Part shown: piece after piece, positions 48,186-57,063 of the stretch
Layout: each line of letters begins with the position of its first letter
Position numbering within the stretch: the stretch's first letter is position 1
Notes under the pieces: generated by a model
What the model saw: only the letters and a program-made list of their open reading frames with translations
Told to the model about the DNA's origin: nothing
Database searches by the model: none
Program-made: the position numbers and the translations under genes
Assembly: GCA_001821395.1 (NCBI GenBank)
Contig: MHLM01000003.1
Location: forward strand, 46,151-110,150
Direction: 5' to 3'
DNA length: 64,000 nucleotides
Source of the DNA: Candidatus Lloydbacteria bacterium RIFCSPHIGHO2_02_FULL_50_18
GTDB taxonomy: Bacteria; Patescibacteriota; Minisyncoccia; Phycocordibacterales; UBA6899

Positions 48186-49085
48186 AATAGTTTATTAATA
48201 ATCATTTCATTTATGGAAACAACAGAAGAGAATATTCACTCATGTAATGCAGCAGGCGGTCATTGTGCGGGGAAGTGCTGGAAGAAAAAACTCGGCTGTG
48301 GGATGCTCCTGCTCGCCGTATCGGGATCGCTGTTCTTGCTTGCACTCTTTGCGGGAGAGTTGAAGTCATATCAGTTCATCGGACGGGATGTTCCCGGTGA
48401 GCAGACTTCCATCAGCGTCACGGGTGATGGCGAAGCGTATGCCTTCCCCGATATTGCTGAAATTTCGTTCTCAGTAACGAACGAGGCGAAAACTGCACCA
48501 GAAGCCCGCAAGCTGGTTGATGACAAGATGGTCATCATCAAAGCATTTTTAAAGGAATCGGGAGTCGATGATAAGGATATGAAGACGACCGCATATAATT
48601 TGAACCCAAAGTACGAATGGCAGAAGACCGGTGCATATGTGCCATGTGTACTTGGATACAATTGTCCGCCTCCGGAAGGCAAGCAGGTGCTTGTCGGATA
48701 TGAGGTGACACAATCGGTTGATGTGCGCGTGAGAAAGATCAATGACGCAGGGCTTGTCCTCGGTGGAATTTCCGACAAAGGCGCATCCTATGTCAGTGGC
48801 CTCACCTTTACGGTCGACAATGAAGACAAGGTAAAAGAAGCTGCACGCAACGAAGCAATAGCAAAGGCAAAGGCAAAGGCGAAGGATCTTGCCACGCAGC
48901 TCGGTGTGAGCATCGTGCGTATCACTTCCTTCAATGAGGGAACGAATTACCCTATGTATAATTACGCACGCGTTGGCATGGAGTCAAAGGCAATGTCTGT
49001 GGACATGGCCCCCACACCGGCAACGATCCCCGCAGGGGAGAACAAGTACACGTCCAATGTGACGATTACGTACGAGGTGCGGTAA
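48186..49085 (+). CDS. SIMPL/DUF541 domain protein (BP26-like periplasmic protein), start uncertain
   Basis: TM/signal then VTGDGEAYAFPDIAEISFSV...TAPEARKLVDD...LNPKYEW pattern typical of SIMPL. Confidence 0.5.
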   Translation, partial: NSLLIIISFMETTEENIHSCNAAGGHCAGKCWKKKLGCGMLLLAVSGSLFLLALFAGELKSYQFIGRDVPGEQTSISVTGDGEAYAFPDIAEISFSVTNEAKTAPEARKLVDDKMVIIKAFLKESGVDDKDMKTTAYNLNPKYEWQKTGAYVPCVLGYNCPPPEGKQVLVGYEVTQSVDVRVRKINDAGLVLGGISDKGASYVSGLTFTVDNEDKVKEAARNEAIAKAKAKAKDLATQLGVSIVRITSFNEGTNYPMYNYARVGMESKAMSVDMAPTPATIPAGENKYTSNVTITYEVR

Positions 49086-49110
49086 GTGTCATCATAGAAA
49101 AGACGAATGA

Positions 49111-49144
49111 AAACAACCCCCAAATTGGGGTTGTTTTTGTTTTG
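49111..49144 (+). terminator. Rho-independent terminator
   Basis: acaacccc-caaatt-ggggttgt plus T-run. Confidence 0.85.
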
Positions 49145-49207
49145 ACAGCATGAATGATACCGAGTAGAGTTCCTGCAGAAGTATCATTCTTTGTGAAGGA
49201 GTTTCTC

Positions 49208-50080
49208 ATGAAGTATCTTTCCCGTCTCATCGCTTTGATCGTTGCGGTATTCATGCTCTCTGTCGCATGGGCTGCACCTAGTGTTACACAAGCGGCGCCC
49301 GTGGTGGCGACCACGAGCGGTGCACCCCAACTCGTTACTCCCGATGAAGGAGCATTTCCTCCGGTGGCAACGACAGAGCAATTTGCACTCGGCGAATTCA
49401 CGTCACTCTGGGCATACGCCACGGCGCAGAAGCTCCCGCGCCATGAGTGGCCGAGATATTGGAAGGACGCATGTGTCCTTTCGGGTATCGCCTGCACCGA
49501 TGAGGCTTGGAGAAAACTTCCCGTTGGGAAAGTGATCACTGCTCCGCGCACGGCGAACGCCATTCTCGCAGAAGAAAAAGCGCGCACGGCGAAAGTAGCA
49601 GCTTTCCGCGCGCAGGTTGCGGCATTACAACAAGACCTGATGATCGTGAAGGAAGCAGCGCTCCGCGCGCAGTTCCGTCTCATGATGTCGAGTCTCGCAT
49701 TGTTTGCATTAACGCTCGTGTCCATTACTGCTTTTGTAGTTTTGCGCCGCGAGCGCATGCTTGTGAAAAGTGCTCGTGCGCTTGAGATCGAAGAACTGAA
49801 AGCCTTGCGTGCAGAACGACCGCACACCATTTCCGGCGCTTCTCCAGACTCTCGAGGGCCGATTGAGATGTTTACTCTCCCGCCGCTTCATTGTGCATCA
49901 TCAGGGTGTGATTGCAGTGGGGGAAGCGAATGCCAGTGCGATCCTTCAGTGCATGCGTGTGCGCGTGTAGAGACGAAGGACGTCGCACCGGCCCCGCATG
50001 TTGACGCACCATGTTCCACCAAGGAACCGGTGAAACTTGACTTCAAATACTTTCCTAAAGACACTTCGGAAAAACATTGA
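49208..50080 (+). CDS. secreted protein with signal peptide, internal TM and Cys-rich C-terminus
   Basis: AAGGAG SD before MKYLSRLIALIVAVFMLSVAWA. C-terminal CASSGCDCSGGSECQCD. Confidence 0.5.
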   Translation: MKYLSRLIALIVAVFMLSVAWAAPSVTQAAPVVATTSGAPQLVTPDEGAFPPVATTEQFALGEFTSLWAYATAQKLPRHEWPRYWKDACVLSGIACTDEAWRKLPVGKVITAPRTANAILAEEKARTAKVAAFRAQVAALQQDLMIVKEAALRAQFRLMMSSLALFALTLVSITAFVVLRRERMLVKSARALEIEELKALRAERPHTISGASPDSRGPIEMFTLPPLHCASSGCDCSGGSECQCDPSVHACARVETKDVAPAPHVDAPCSTKEPVKLDFKYFPKDTSEKH

Positions 50081-50167
50081 GGAGCACCAACCAAAGAGGG
50101 GGCGGGAAGTAATTCCCCTTGTGCATATAGTCTATGATGAATGAAGCCCGCTCATTCATTAGACCAA

Positions 50168-50196
50168 AAAAACGCCAAGAAGTGGCGTTTTTCTAT
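50168..50196 (+). terminator. Rho-independent terminator
   Basis: aacgccaagaagtggcgtt plus TTTTT. Confidence 0.8.
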
Positions 50197-50210
50197 CGAT
50201 TAAAAATTGA

Positions 50211-50239
50211 TTGACATTTATTCTATTTCTGCTATAATG
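50211..50239 (+). promoter_or_regulatory. sigma-70-type promoter (TTGACA-17-TATAAT)
   Basis: Consensus hexamers at 50211-50216 and 50234-50239 with a 17-nt spacer. Confidence 0.6.
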
Positions 50240-50334
50240 TAAAAGGATCTTTGAAGCGTTTTCTTGAGTTTGCGCTCACGTTCATGTTTCGTCTATCCGT
50301 TTTTTGTCAATTCATAACCTTAAAGGAGCTCATC

Positions 50335-50964
50335 ATGGGCAAGACACGTACGGTGTTCGCACCGCTTGAAAATTATCCTTTTGCGGAGGCACTCGCCTCT
50401 CTCAAGGCAGACACGGTAGCCGTTATTGATGCGGGTGTCGCATTGAAAGTCCCCCCTGTCTCCGCATCAAAAGTGCATGCAGGCAAGGCCCCCGTCCGCG
50501 AGTCGAAGGCGAAGACGCAAAAGAAGGGTCCTGTTGCACAAACGCAAAAGGCGGCCGACGGTGAAGCGAATCTTCCCGTCGTTGAGCTTTTCCGGCTTCC
50601 CGGCGAAGAGCTTGCTCGTCTGACCAAGGAGGTCTACGCAAATGGCGGGAATGCCATTTTCCGTTTTTTCTTCAAGGCAACACGCACAACACTCGTCATG
50701 AGTGTGGTGCCGGTCCGCGGGCAGTCGATACTGCTCACGGTCGTTGACGGGGAGGGTTGGCTTATCGAGGATTTCCCGGTGGGAACCGCGATCACCCTCG
50801 AAGAAGTTCGTGCACCATTCAATAGCGTCGATGTGCGTCGCTTGAATCTCGTCGCGAATTTCCGCGGTGTGATGAGTGCGCTCCTTGTGGAGCAGCTCCG
50901 CTCGCTTTCAGAGAAACTCACGGTGTTCCAACGCCGCAGTCAGTCTCAAAAAGCACACGAGTGA
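50335..50964 (+). CDS. hypothetical protein
   Basis: AAAGGAG SD before MGKTRTVF. 209 aa. Confidence 0.5.
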   Translation: MGKTRTVFAPLENYPFAEALASLKADTVAVIDAGVALKVPPVSASKVHAGKAPVRESKAKTQKKGPVAQTQKAADGEANLPVVELFRLPGEELARLTKEVYANGGNAIFRFFFKATRTTLVMSVVPVRGQSILLTVVDGEGWLIEDFPVGTAITLEEVRAPFNSVDVRRLNLVANFRGVMSALLVEQLRSLSEKLTVFQRRSQSQKAHE

Positions 50965-51048
50965 TCGACCAGTGCTCACGACCCGCCGTCACAAGCGGTG
51001 AGTCGTGGGCGTTCCTTAATTAAAAAAATTAGTGAAGGAGGACAGCAC

Positions 51049-51522
51049 ATGTCCGATCTGAATCAACGGAGCGTCTCCAGCATCATGCTAGCTGATGAGG
51101 TCAGCATGGAGCGCCAATCTCCGCAGGAAGCAAATCCTGTCGTTCTTGAAAACATCGCCGATGACCGTATCTGGCGCGCCCGGATCGGCGTGCCCGGGAT
51201 CTATGCGATCCATTCGAATAAAAATGAAACTGCGTATTTTCTCGTGACATCGTTCTTTGATTGCCGTCGCGGCCGTATGGCAATACGGGTGTTTCCCATC
51301 TCCCTTTGGGAAGATGGCACCTGTGTGGACAGGGTCGCCGTCCCGCAATCGGGGGAGCACCTCCCGTTTTTGCCCTCGTGCGTCCTCTGGGGCAAGTGCG
51401 ATTATGACCGTCTGCCGAATGAGCATCACGAGATGCTCTCAAGATGGGCAGACACCATCCTTGATGGTATCGATGAGTACGACGATACTCACCCAAGGCA
51501 CATGAGGAAGACTCGCCCGTGA
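51049..51522 (+). CDS. hypothetical protein
   Basis: AAGGAGG SD before MSDLNQRS. 157 aa. Confidence 0.5.
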   Translation: MSDLNQRSVSSIMLADEVSMERQSPQEANPVVLENIADDRIWRARIGVPGIYAIHSNKNETAYFLVTSFFDCRRGRMAIRVFPISLWEDGTCVDRVAVPQSGEHLPFLPSCVLWGKCDYDRLPNEHHEMLSRWADTILDGIDEYDDTHPRHMRKTRP

Positions 51523-51540
51523 ATGTAAGAATGTATTTTT

Positions 51541-51565
51541 AGCCCCCGTTCAGGGGGCTTTTTCT
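51541..51565 (+). terminator. Rho-independent terminator
   Basis: agccccc-gttca-gggggct plus TTTTT. Confidence 0.85.
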
Positions 51566-51580
51566 TTGTTCGCCGAGTCC

Positions 51581-51608
51581 TTGACTTTCGGTGGCAAACG
51601 CCTATACT
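51581..51608 (+). promoter_or_regulatory. candidate promoter (TTGACT-16-TATACT) for secE-nusG
   Basis: Hexamers read directly. Confidence 0.45.
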
Positions 51609-51621
51609 GCGAATATCAATA

Positions 51622-51642
51622 ACACCCCGCGGGGGTTTTTTC
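51622..51642 (+). terminator. short GC hairpin plus T7 in the secE leader (possible attenuator)
   Basis: accccgcgggggt followed by TTTTTT, lying between the candidate promoter and the secE ATG. Confidence 0.4.
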
Positions 51643-51673
51643 TTAAGAGCAGTTATGAGTTAATTTTATCTGT

Positions 51674-51853
51674 ATGTTTGGATTCATCAATTATTTACGA
51701 GAAACAAAAGCAGAGCTGCGGCACGTGACATGGCCAACGCGCGGGGAGGCGATCAATTACACCGTCATCGTCCTTTTGATCTCCATCGGCACGGGTCTTC
51801 TCCTTGGCATGCTCGACTTCTTGTTTGCGAAGGGTCTTGAGAAATTCATTTAA
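51674..51853 (+). CDS. secE: preprotein translocase subunit SecE (59 aa, below ORF-track cutoff)
   Basis: Translates to MFGFINYLRETKAELRHVTWPTRGEAINYTVIVLLISIGTGLLLGMLDFLFAKGLEKFI, a typical SecE, immediately upstream of nusG. Confidence 0.8.
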   Translation: MFGFINYLRETKAELRHVTWPTRGEAINYTVIVLLISIGTGLLLGMLDFLFAKGLEKFI

Positions 51854-51877
51854 TTCATCATTCACCAAATACTTATT

Positions 51878-52441
51878 ATGGAAGAAGAGAACAACATTTC
51901 TGCCACCCCTGTGCCCGCAACGCGTCAATGGTATGCGATCCATACCTACTCGGGATATGAGAATGCGGTGGTGCGCAATTTGCGACAACGTATCGAATCA
52001 CTCGGCATGGAAGATAAGATCTTTGATGTTGTTGTGCCAAAGGAAAAAAAGATCAAGATGAAAGCAGGTAAGCGCGCCGAAGTGGAGGAGGAGATCTATC
52101 CCGGCTATGTGCTCGTCAATATGATCTATGATCCCGACTCATGGTATGTGGTACGCAATACCCCTCGCGTCACGGGCTTTGTCGGCGCCGGCGTTGTTCC
52201 CGTGCCGCTCAATCAGAAGGAGATCGATGCGCTCTTCGGCCGCATGGGCTCAAAGATGGTGAAGCACGCAATCGACCTTACGGTTGGGGAGTCAGTGATC
52301 ATCACCGACGGCCCATTCAAGGAGCTTGAGGGACGTGTGGGCGAAGTGGATACTGAGCGTGGTCGTGTGAAGGTCATGGTCCCCATGTTCGGACGCGAGA
52401 CCCCCGTTGAATTGGATTTCCTTCAGATCAGGAAGATCTAG
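51878..52441 (+). CDS. nusG: transcription termination/antitermination factor NusG
   Basis: NGN domain (WYAIHTYSGYE) and KOW domain (GESVIITDGPFKELEGRV). Confidence 0.9.
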   Translation: MEEENNISATPVPATRQWYAIHTYSGYENAVVRNLRQRIESLGMEDKIFDVVVPKEKKIKMKAGKRAEVEEEIYPGYVLVNMIYDPDSWYVVRNTPRVTGFVGAGVVPVPLNQKEIDALFGRMGSKMVKHAIDLTVGESVIITDGPFKELEGRVGEVDTERGRVKVMVPMFGRETPVELDFLQIRKI

Positions 52442-52498
52442 ATGGTCTAAGGTCACTCCTTGGCTTTGAAAGGTGTGACCTTGATGAAGTTGACCATC
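52440..52498 (+). other. conserved structured hairpin element, copy 1 (overlaps nusG stop codon)
   Basis: agatggtc-taa-ggtcac-t-cctt-ggctttga-aagg-t-gtgacc-ttgatgaagtt-gaccatct. A second copy at 63814-63872 has compensatory stem changes. Confidence 0.6.
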
Positions 52499-52513
52499 TG
52501 AAATTTTTTCAAA

Positions 52514-52548
52514 AAACACCCTCACTTTCGTGGGTGTTCTTTTTTTCA
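52514..52548 (+). terminator. Rho-independent terminator
   Basis: aacaccc...gggtgtt hairpin plus TTTTTTT. Confidence 0.8.
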
Positions 52549-52725
52549 TTGCATCAGTACGAAAGCACTCTTTGCGGTGAGGTTGACAAGATAAAGAAAA
52601 AAAAGAATATGAAAGGAATAGTTCTTTGGGATCGTTTGTCATGGCGGAGTGGGCACCATCGTGAGTACTCCGCTATGACAAACTTACATAAGTAAGAGTC
52701 CGCTAGCGTATTGAAAGGAACAGCC

Positions 52726-53421
52726 ATGACAAAATGTGGAACACCCTTATCACTCGGTCAGTTCACCGAGTTTGCAGCTGCCGTATTGAAGGCCCTTCCG
52801 CGCGATATCGATCCGGGTATTGCTTTGCAGTGGGCTACGAATGGTGACGAGTTAAAAAAGGTCCTCCGAAGCGTACTCTGTCCAAGTAGCGACATAAAAA
52901 CACTCGTTGGTCTTGAGGAAGTTCGGAATTTCCCTAAAGAACGCTTGTGTCATATACCCTCATTCTTTCGTAATCGGCCCGGGTTGTATACCGCGAGTAA
53001 TTTTCACTGGGAAGTTGTGACGCAGTTTCAGGAGCCTGTTGAGATCCATGCAAACCCTCAGGATTCAGGAATAATTAGATGTCTTCAGCCCCACAAAGTG
53101 CGTTCTGCAATGAGTGAAATTTCTGGTTACTTGGAAGGAAAAGTATTTTTTCTCGACGAAATTGCACAGCTTGTTAATGACCAGTGGACTGGTCAAAAAA
53201 AAGTAGGTGGGTTGAACGTAGACGGAAGTCGTAATTATTTCGCCGTCACAGTGAAGAGCGTGATATTCATTGTTTCCGTGCATCGCAGTTCTTTCAAATT
53301 TTGTTCCAATGAGGGAATTACGATAAAGGAATCCTGGAACTATGATGCGTGGACTTCGGAAAAATGGCTGCTAACGTTTCCGCACGTTACGGAAGGAATA
53401 TTTTTTGTTGCCCATCGTTAA
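52726..53421 (+). CDS. hypothetical protein inserted between nusG and rplK
   Basis: AAAGGAA SD before [10 protein letters not shown]. 231 aa. No recognisable motifs. Confidence 0.5.
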   Translation: MTKCGTPLSLGQFTEFAAAVLKALPRDIDPGIALQWATNGDELKKVLRSVLCPSSDIKTLVGLEEVRNFPKERLCHIPSFFRNRPGLYTASNFHWEVVTQFQEPVEIHANPQDSGIIRCLQPHKVRSAMSEISGYLEGKVFFLDEIAQLVNDQWTGQKKVGGLNVDGSRNYFAVTVKSVIFIVSVHRSSFKFCSNEGITIKESWNYDAWTSEKWLLTFPHVTEGIFFVAHR

Positions 53422-53423
53422 GC

Positions 53424-53450
53424 CGACCGCCCAATGGGCGGTTTTTCTTT
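53424..53450 (+). terminator. Rho-independent terminator
   Basis: accgccc-aat-gggcggt plus TTTTT. Confidence 0.85.
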
Positions 53451-53586
53451 TTTCAAATATCATTTCCTTCAGTGATCTCGCTCGCTACTTGCGCAAAAGT
53501 CGGAAATTCAGTAGTATCTCCGTATCTGAAGGTGCCTACGTTGGTGGGGCTTCTCACTTCTCAGCGCAAAAATAGCATAAATTCAT

Positions 53587-54012
53587 ATGGCAAAAAAGAT
53601 CACCAAAAAACTTAAATTGCAGATTTCGGGAGGACGGGCAACCCCCGCACCCCCGGTCGGTCCCGCACTTGGTCAGGCAGGTATCAACATCGGTGATTTC
53701 GTCACGAAATTCAATGCGGCAAGCGCAAAGATGATGGGCGACATCATTCCCGTTGAGATCACCGTCTATGACGACCGATCGTTCACCTTCATTTTGAAGG
53801 TCTCTCCCGTGTCACGTCTTATCTTGAAAGCAATGGGCAAGGACAAAGCATCGAACAAACCGGGAACACAGAAGGCGGGTTCGATCACCAAGGCGCAAGT
53901 GCGCGAGATCGCAGAGAAGAAGATGCCGGACTTGAATGCTGCTTCGATTGAAGCCGCAATGAAGACCGTTGCAGGCACGGCACGTTCAATGGGAGTGACG
54001 GTCAGTGATTAA
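53587..54012 (+). CDS. rplK: 50S ribosomal protein L11
   Basis: [16 protein letters not shown]...[13 protein letters not shown]. 141 aa. Confidence 0.95.
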   Translation: MAKKITKKLKLQISGGRATPAPPVGPALGQAGINIGDFVTKFNAASAKMMGDIIPVEITVYDDRSFTFILKVSPVSRLILKAMGKDKASNKPGTQKAGSITKAQVREIAEKKMPDLNAASIEAAMKTVAGTARSMGVTVSD

Positions 54013-54034
54013 TGAACTGGTCAATAAAAAAAGA

Positions 54035-54058
54035 AAAACGCCGCGAGGCGTTTTTTTG
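54035..54058 (+). terminator. Rho-independent terminator directly after rplK (no rplA follows)
   Basis: aacgcc-gcgag-gcgtt plus TTTTTTT. Confidence 0.85.
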
Positions 54059-54060
54059 AT

Positions 54061-54339
54061 TCAGGAAGTAGTACGTTGTCCAGTTGTGAGGTAATTTAGT
54101 TCCGACTGAATTACTGCGAGCGAGTCGGTAAGTCTTTTCCTCTCCCGCTCGTATGTATCCATGTGTCCCCTGTGTTCCCGCTCGAATTGCTCAACCAAGT
54201 TTTTGGTGAGTGCGGCGTTGCCCGCGAGTCCGTGTGCAGTGAGAATCTCCTTGACCCGATTCTCGGTGAGTACCCGATAAACAGCATCCAGATTTAATGG
54301 ACATGCAAAGTCTGCGTCAGTCTTTGTTTTGTCGCTCAT
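54061..54339 (-). CDS. hypothetical small protein
   Basis: 92-aa ORF with a weak SD. Confidence 0.4.
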   Translation of the reverse strand: MSDKTKTDADFACPLNLDAVYRVLTENRVKEILTAHGLAGNAALTKNLVEQFEREHRGHMDTYERERKRLTDSLAVIQSELNYLTTGQRTTS

Positions 54340-54487
54340 ATCATTCTCTCTGTGTCGAAGGTATCCGTCGCAATAGTACCGTGGATGAATATTTTATCAA
54401 GTACGCACAGAAAAAACTGCCCTTAATTGGGCAGTTTTGATTAGGACTCGTCCACCAATAACTTCTAGTTATTGGTGGTGACGGTCC

Positions 54488-54733
54488 TTAGTGCAGATAT
54501 TTGATCGGCGTTGGGATACGCGGTTGGAAATAACGCGGATCGACATCATCAGCGGCCATCTTTTTGTGAAGTGCTTCGAGTTCCTGAAGATCGGAGTAGA
54601 GGCCATCAAGCGTTGAGCGAAGCTGCGCCATTTCCGGCGTATCGAGATACGCGGTCGTTGAGAGCGTCCGCTTCTGTGAAAGAAGGGCAGTTGCGGCGAT
54701 CGCGCTAAGCACAAAAACCAAAAGTGATCTCAT
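54488..54733 (-). CDS. small secreted protein (signal peptide)
   Basis: GGAGG SD before MRSLLVFVLSAIAATALLS. Two terminator hairpins downstream at 54420-54480. Confidence 0.45.
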   Translation of the reverse strand: MRSLLVFVLSAIAATALLSQKRTLSTTAYLDTPEMAQLRSTLDGLYSDLQELEALHKKMAADDVDPRYFQPRIPTPIKYLH

Positions 54734-54823
54734 ATATCCTCCATGGATGAGGCATGAACATCTGTTTTCAGAATACAATTGGTGGATTTTTTGTCAACAA
54801 AAAACAGGCATTGCCTGTTTGTG

Positions 54824-55060
54824 TTAAAGCCACGGTTCACCATTTAGTACTTCCTGTGTGCGCTTGCGGAGTTCTAGCTCGGCTGTCGAATATAATCCCA
54901 GATAAACCAGCTGTCCATTTCTCGTGTGAAGTTCAGCATGGAACGTCGTGTTTTTGATATTGAAAAAAGCGAGCCCCTCTCCACCGCCGGAAGGGTTTTT
55001 GTTCAATTCAGCAAGTACTGCGGTGACCTCTGCGGTGATCGCGACGACATCAAAATTCAT
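54824..55060 (-). CDS. hypothetical small protein
   Basis: 78-aa ORF divergent from the dCMP deaminase gene. No SD. Confidence 0.3.
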   Translation of the reverse strand: MNFDVVAITAEVTAVLAELNKNPSGGGEGLAFFNIKNTTFHAELHTRNGQLVYLGLYSTAELELRKRTQEVLNGEPWL

Positions 55061-55232
55061 AAAGATCTACCAGAAATTACCCCATGAAATTTTAGCGTTC
55101 ATCCTGAGATCGGTCAACAATATCGTGCTGGCGCCTGTCTGCATGCTCAATATGTGCATGCGGGACTCATATAAAGACCTCTCCCCACCTTGTTCACAGA
55201 TGAGGAGAACGCCCATTTGCTATACTCTACGC

Positions 55233-55733
55233 ATGAACAGCGAGGAAAAAAAGACACATCAGCGTCCGTCGTGGGATGAGTATTTTATGAAGATCGCGGA
55301 GATTGTCGGCACGCGCGCAACCTGCGACCGCGGGCGAGCGGGAACGGTCACCGTAAAGAATAAACGCATCCTCACCACGGGTTATGTCGGCTCTCCCGTG
55401 GGGCTTCCATCGTGCGATGAGCTCGACCACGAGCTCCACACGGTCATCCAGGTGGATGGCACAGAGTCACAGCACTGTATCCGCACCACACATTCCGAGC
55501 AGAATGCGATCGTGCAGGCGGCGCGCGTCGGAGTTTCGCTTGAAGGTGCAACGCTCTATACGCACATGGCGCCGTGTTACGTCTGCGCGAAGATGATCAT
55601 CAATGTCGGCATTGTGAGAGTGGTTTGCGCCAAGGATTATCACGGCGCAACGCAATCGAAGAAGGTGTTCAAGGATGCCGGCGTACTTCTGGAGTTGCTG
55701 TCCAAAGACATGGAAGTATACGAGAACATGTAG
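55233..55733 (+). CDS. dCMP deaminase (ComEB-like cytidine/deoxycytidylate deaminase)
   Basis: Zinc motifs HSEQNAI and PCYVCAKMI. Start at MNSEEKK. Confidence 0.85.
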   Translation: MNSEEKKTHQRPSWDEYFMKIAEIVGTRATCDRGRAGTVTVKNKRILTTGYVGSPVGLPSCDELDHELHTVIQVDGTESQHCIRTTHSEQNAIVQAARVGVSLEGATLYTHMAPCYVCAKMIINVGIVRVVCAKDYHGATQSKKVFKDAGVLLELLSKDMEVYENM

Positions 55734-55758
55734 GGCGTATTATTATTTTTTATTTTAT

Positions 55759-56316
55759 ATGGCAAAAAAACTTATTCTCGGTTTTGCGGGAGAAATGGCT
55801 GCTGGCAAGGGGACTGCGGCAAAATATCTGCTGGAAAATAGCGGTGCGGTCACGTATCGTTTCTCGAGCATGCTGCGCGACGTTGTGCGCCGGCTCCATC
55901 TTCCCGAGGATCGTCTTACGATGCAGCGGACGTCGACGGCACTCCGGAGGGAATTCGGTGAGGATCTCATGGCCAAGGTCATGTTCGAAGATGCGAAGAA
56001 AGATGAGCATCAGTTGATCGTGATCGACGGTGTACGCCGCCTTGAGGATGTGAAGTATCTGCGCGAGATCCCCGAGTTCAAGCTCTGCTACATCACCGCC
56101 CCGATGAAGACGCGTTACGAACGGCTTATCGTACGCGGGGAAAATGCCGACGATAATACAAAGACATTTGCGCAGTTCGAGGAGGATCACCAGGGGGAGC
56201 CGGAGCGCGAGATCACGAAGCTTGAGGCATTCGCGGCTGAGGTGATCGACAATACGGGGACGCTCCCAGATCTTTATCGTCAGCTTGACCAGATCGTCAA
56301 AAAATACGGCGAATAG
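55759..56316 (+). CDS. P-loop NMP-kinase-like protein (paralog 1)
   Basis: Walker A LGFAGEMAAGKGT. Shares its motif order with ORF 58876-59652. Confidence 0.5.
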   Translation: MAKKLILGFAGEMAAGKGTAAKYLLENSGAVTYRFSSMLRDVVRRLHLPEDRLTMQRTSTALRREFGEDLMAKVMFEDAKKDEHQLIVIDGVRRLEDVKYLREIPEFKLCYITAPMKTRYERLIVRGENADDNTKTFAQFEEDHQGEPEREITKLEAFAAEVIDNTGTLPDLYRQLDQIVKKYGE

Positions 56317-56383
56317 GCACTGTGCACCGATATTGCTTTGCGGTATGATGCACAAAGATATGTCTAATGTACAAGGAAACAAC

Positions 56384-56995
56384 ATGAAACGCGGGAAATT
56401 TATCGTATTAGAGGGCGGTGACGGTGCCGGAAAGGGTACGCTCGTAAATTATCTCAAGAAGGTATTACCTCCGGGTAAATTCATTTATACGCGGGAACCC
56501 GGAGGTACGCCCGTCGGAGAAAAAATTCGGGACTTGTTACTTAGCGAAGAGATGACTCCTGCGACGGAGCTTGGCCTGCATTTTGCGTATCGATTTGAAC
56601 TTTTTGAAAAGGTGATACTCCCTGCCATAAATAGCGGTGTACACGTGATCGACGAGCGACATGTTGCGTCCACGTACGCATACCAGATCGGCGGACGTGA
56701 ACGGCGTGACCTCTTGCCACTTTTTCGTTCGAATGAGCGTGCTTGTGCAAAGTATGCAACTCCTGATCTCTATGTTTACCTCGATCTCGATCCAAGGGAA
56801 GGGGAGCGCCGCCTAAAAGCCAAGGGCTTCGCACTCGACCGATTCGAGCTTGCGGGTCTCGCCTTTCATCAGCGCGTACGAAAAGCGTATCATCAGTATT
56901 TTCGCAAGCAGCGCCATGTTGTGGTCGATGCCGCAATGGGAGTGGAAGTACTCTGTAAAGAAATGGAACGCATTATTCGTGCAGAAACAAAATAA
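56384..56995 (+). CDS. tmk: thymidylate kinase
   Basis: FIVLEGGDGAGKGT P-loop, DRH/LID region. SD AAGGA upstream. Confidence 0.85.
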   Translation: MKRGKFIVLEGGDGAGKGTLVNYLKKVLPPGKFIYTREPGGTPVGEKIRDLLLSEEMTPATELGLHFAYRFELFEKVILPAINSGVHVIDERHVASTYAYQIGGRERRDLLPLFRSNERACAKYATPDLYVYLDLDPREGERRLKAKGFALDRFELAGLAFHQRVRKAYHQYFRKQRHVVVDAAMGVEVLCKEMERIIRAETK

Positions 56996-57063
56996 CCCTC
57001 ACCCGCCTGATCAATTTGGTCAGGCTTTTTGTTTCTCCCTCGCTCTGATACTATCTCTATATT

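Noticed and set aside
49066-49830. 254-aa minus-strand ORF
   Set aside because: Antisense to the signal-peptide protein 49208-50080, which has a good SD; Ala/Ser/Arg-rich translation looks like shadow frame.
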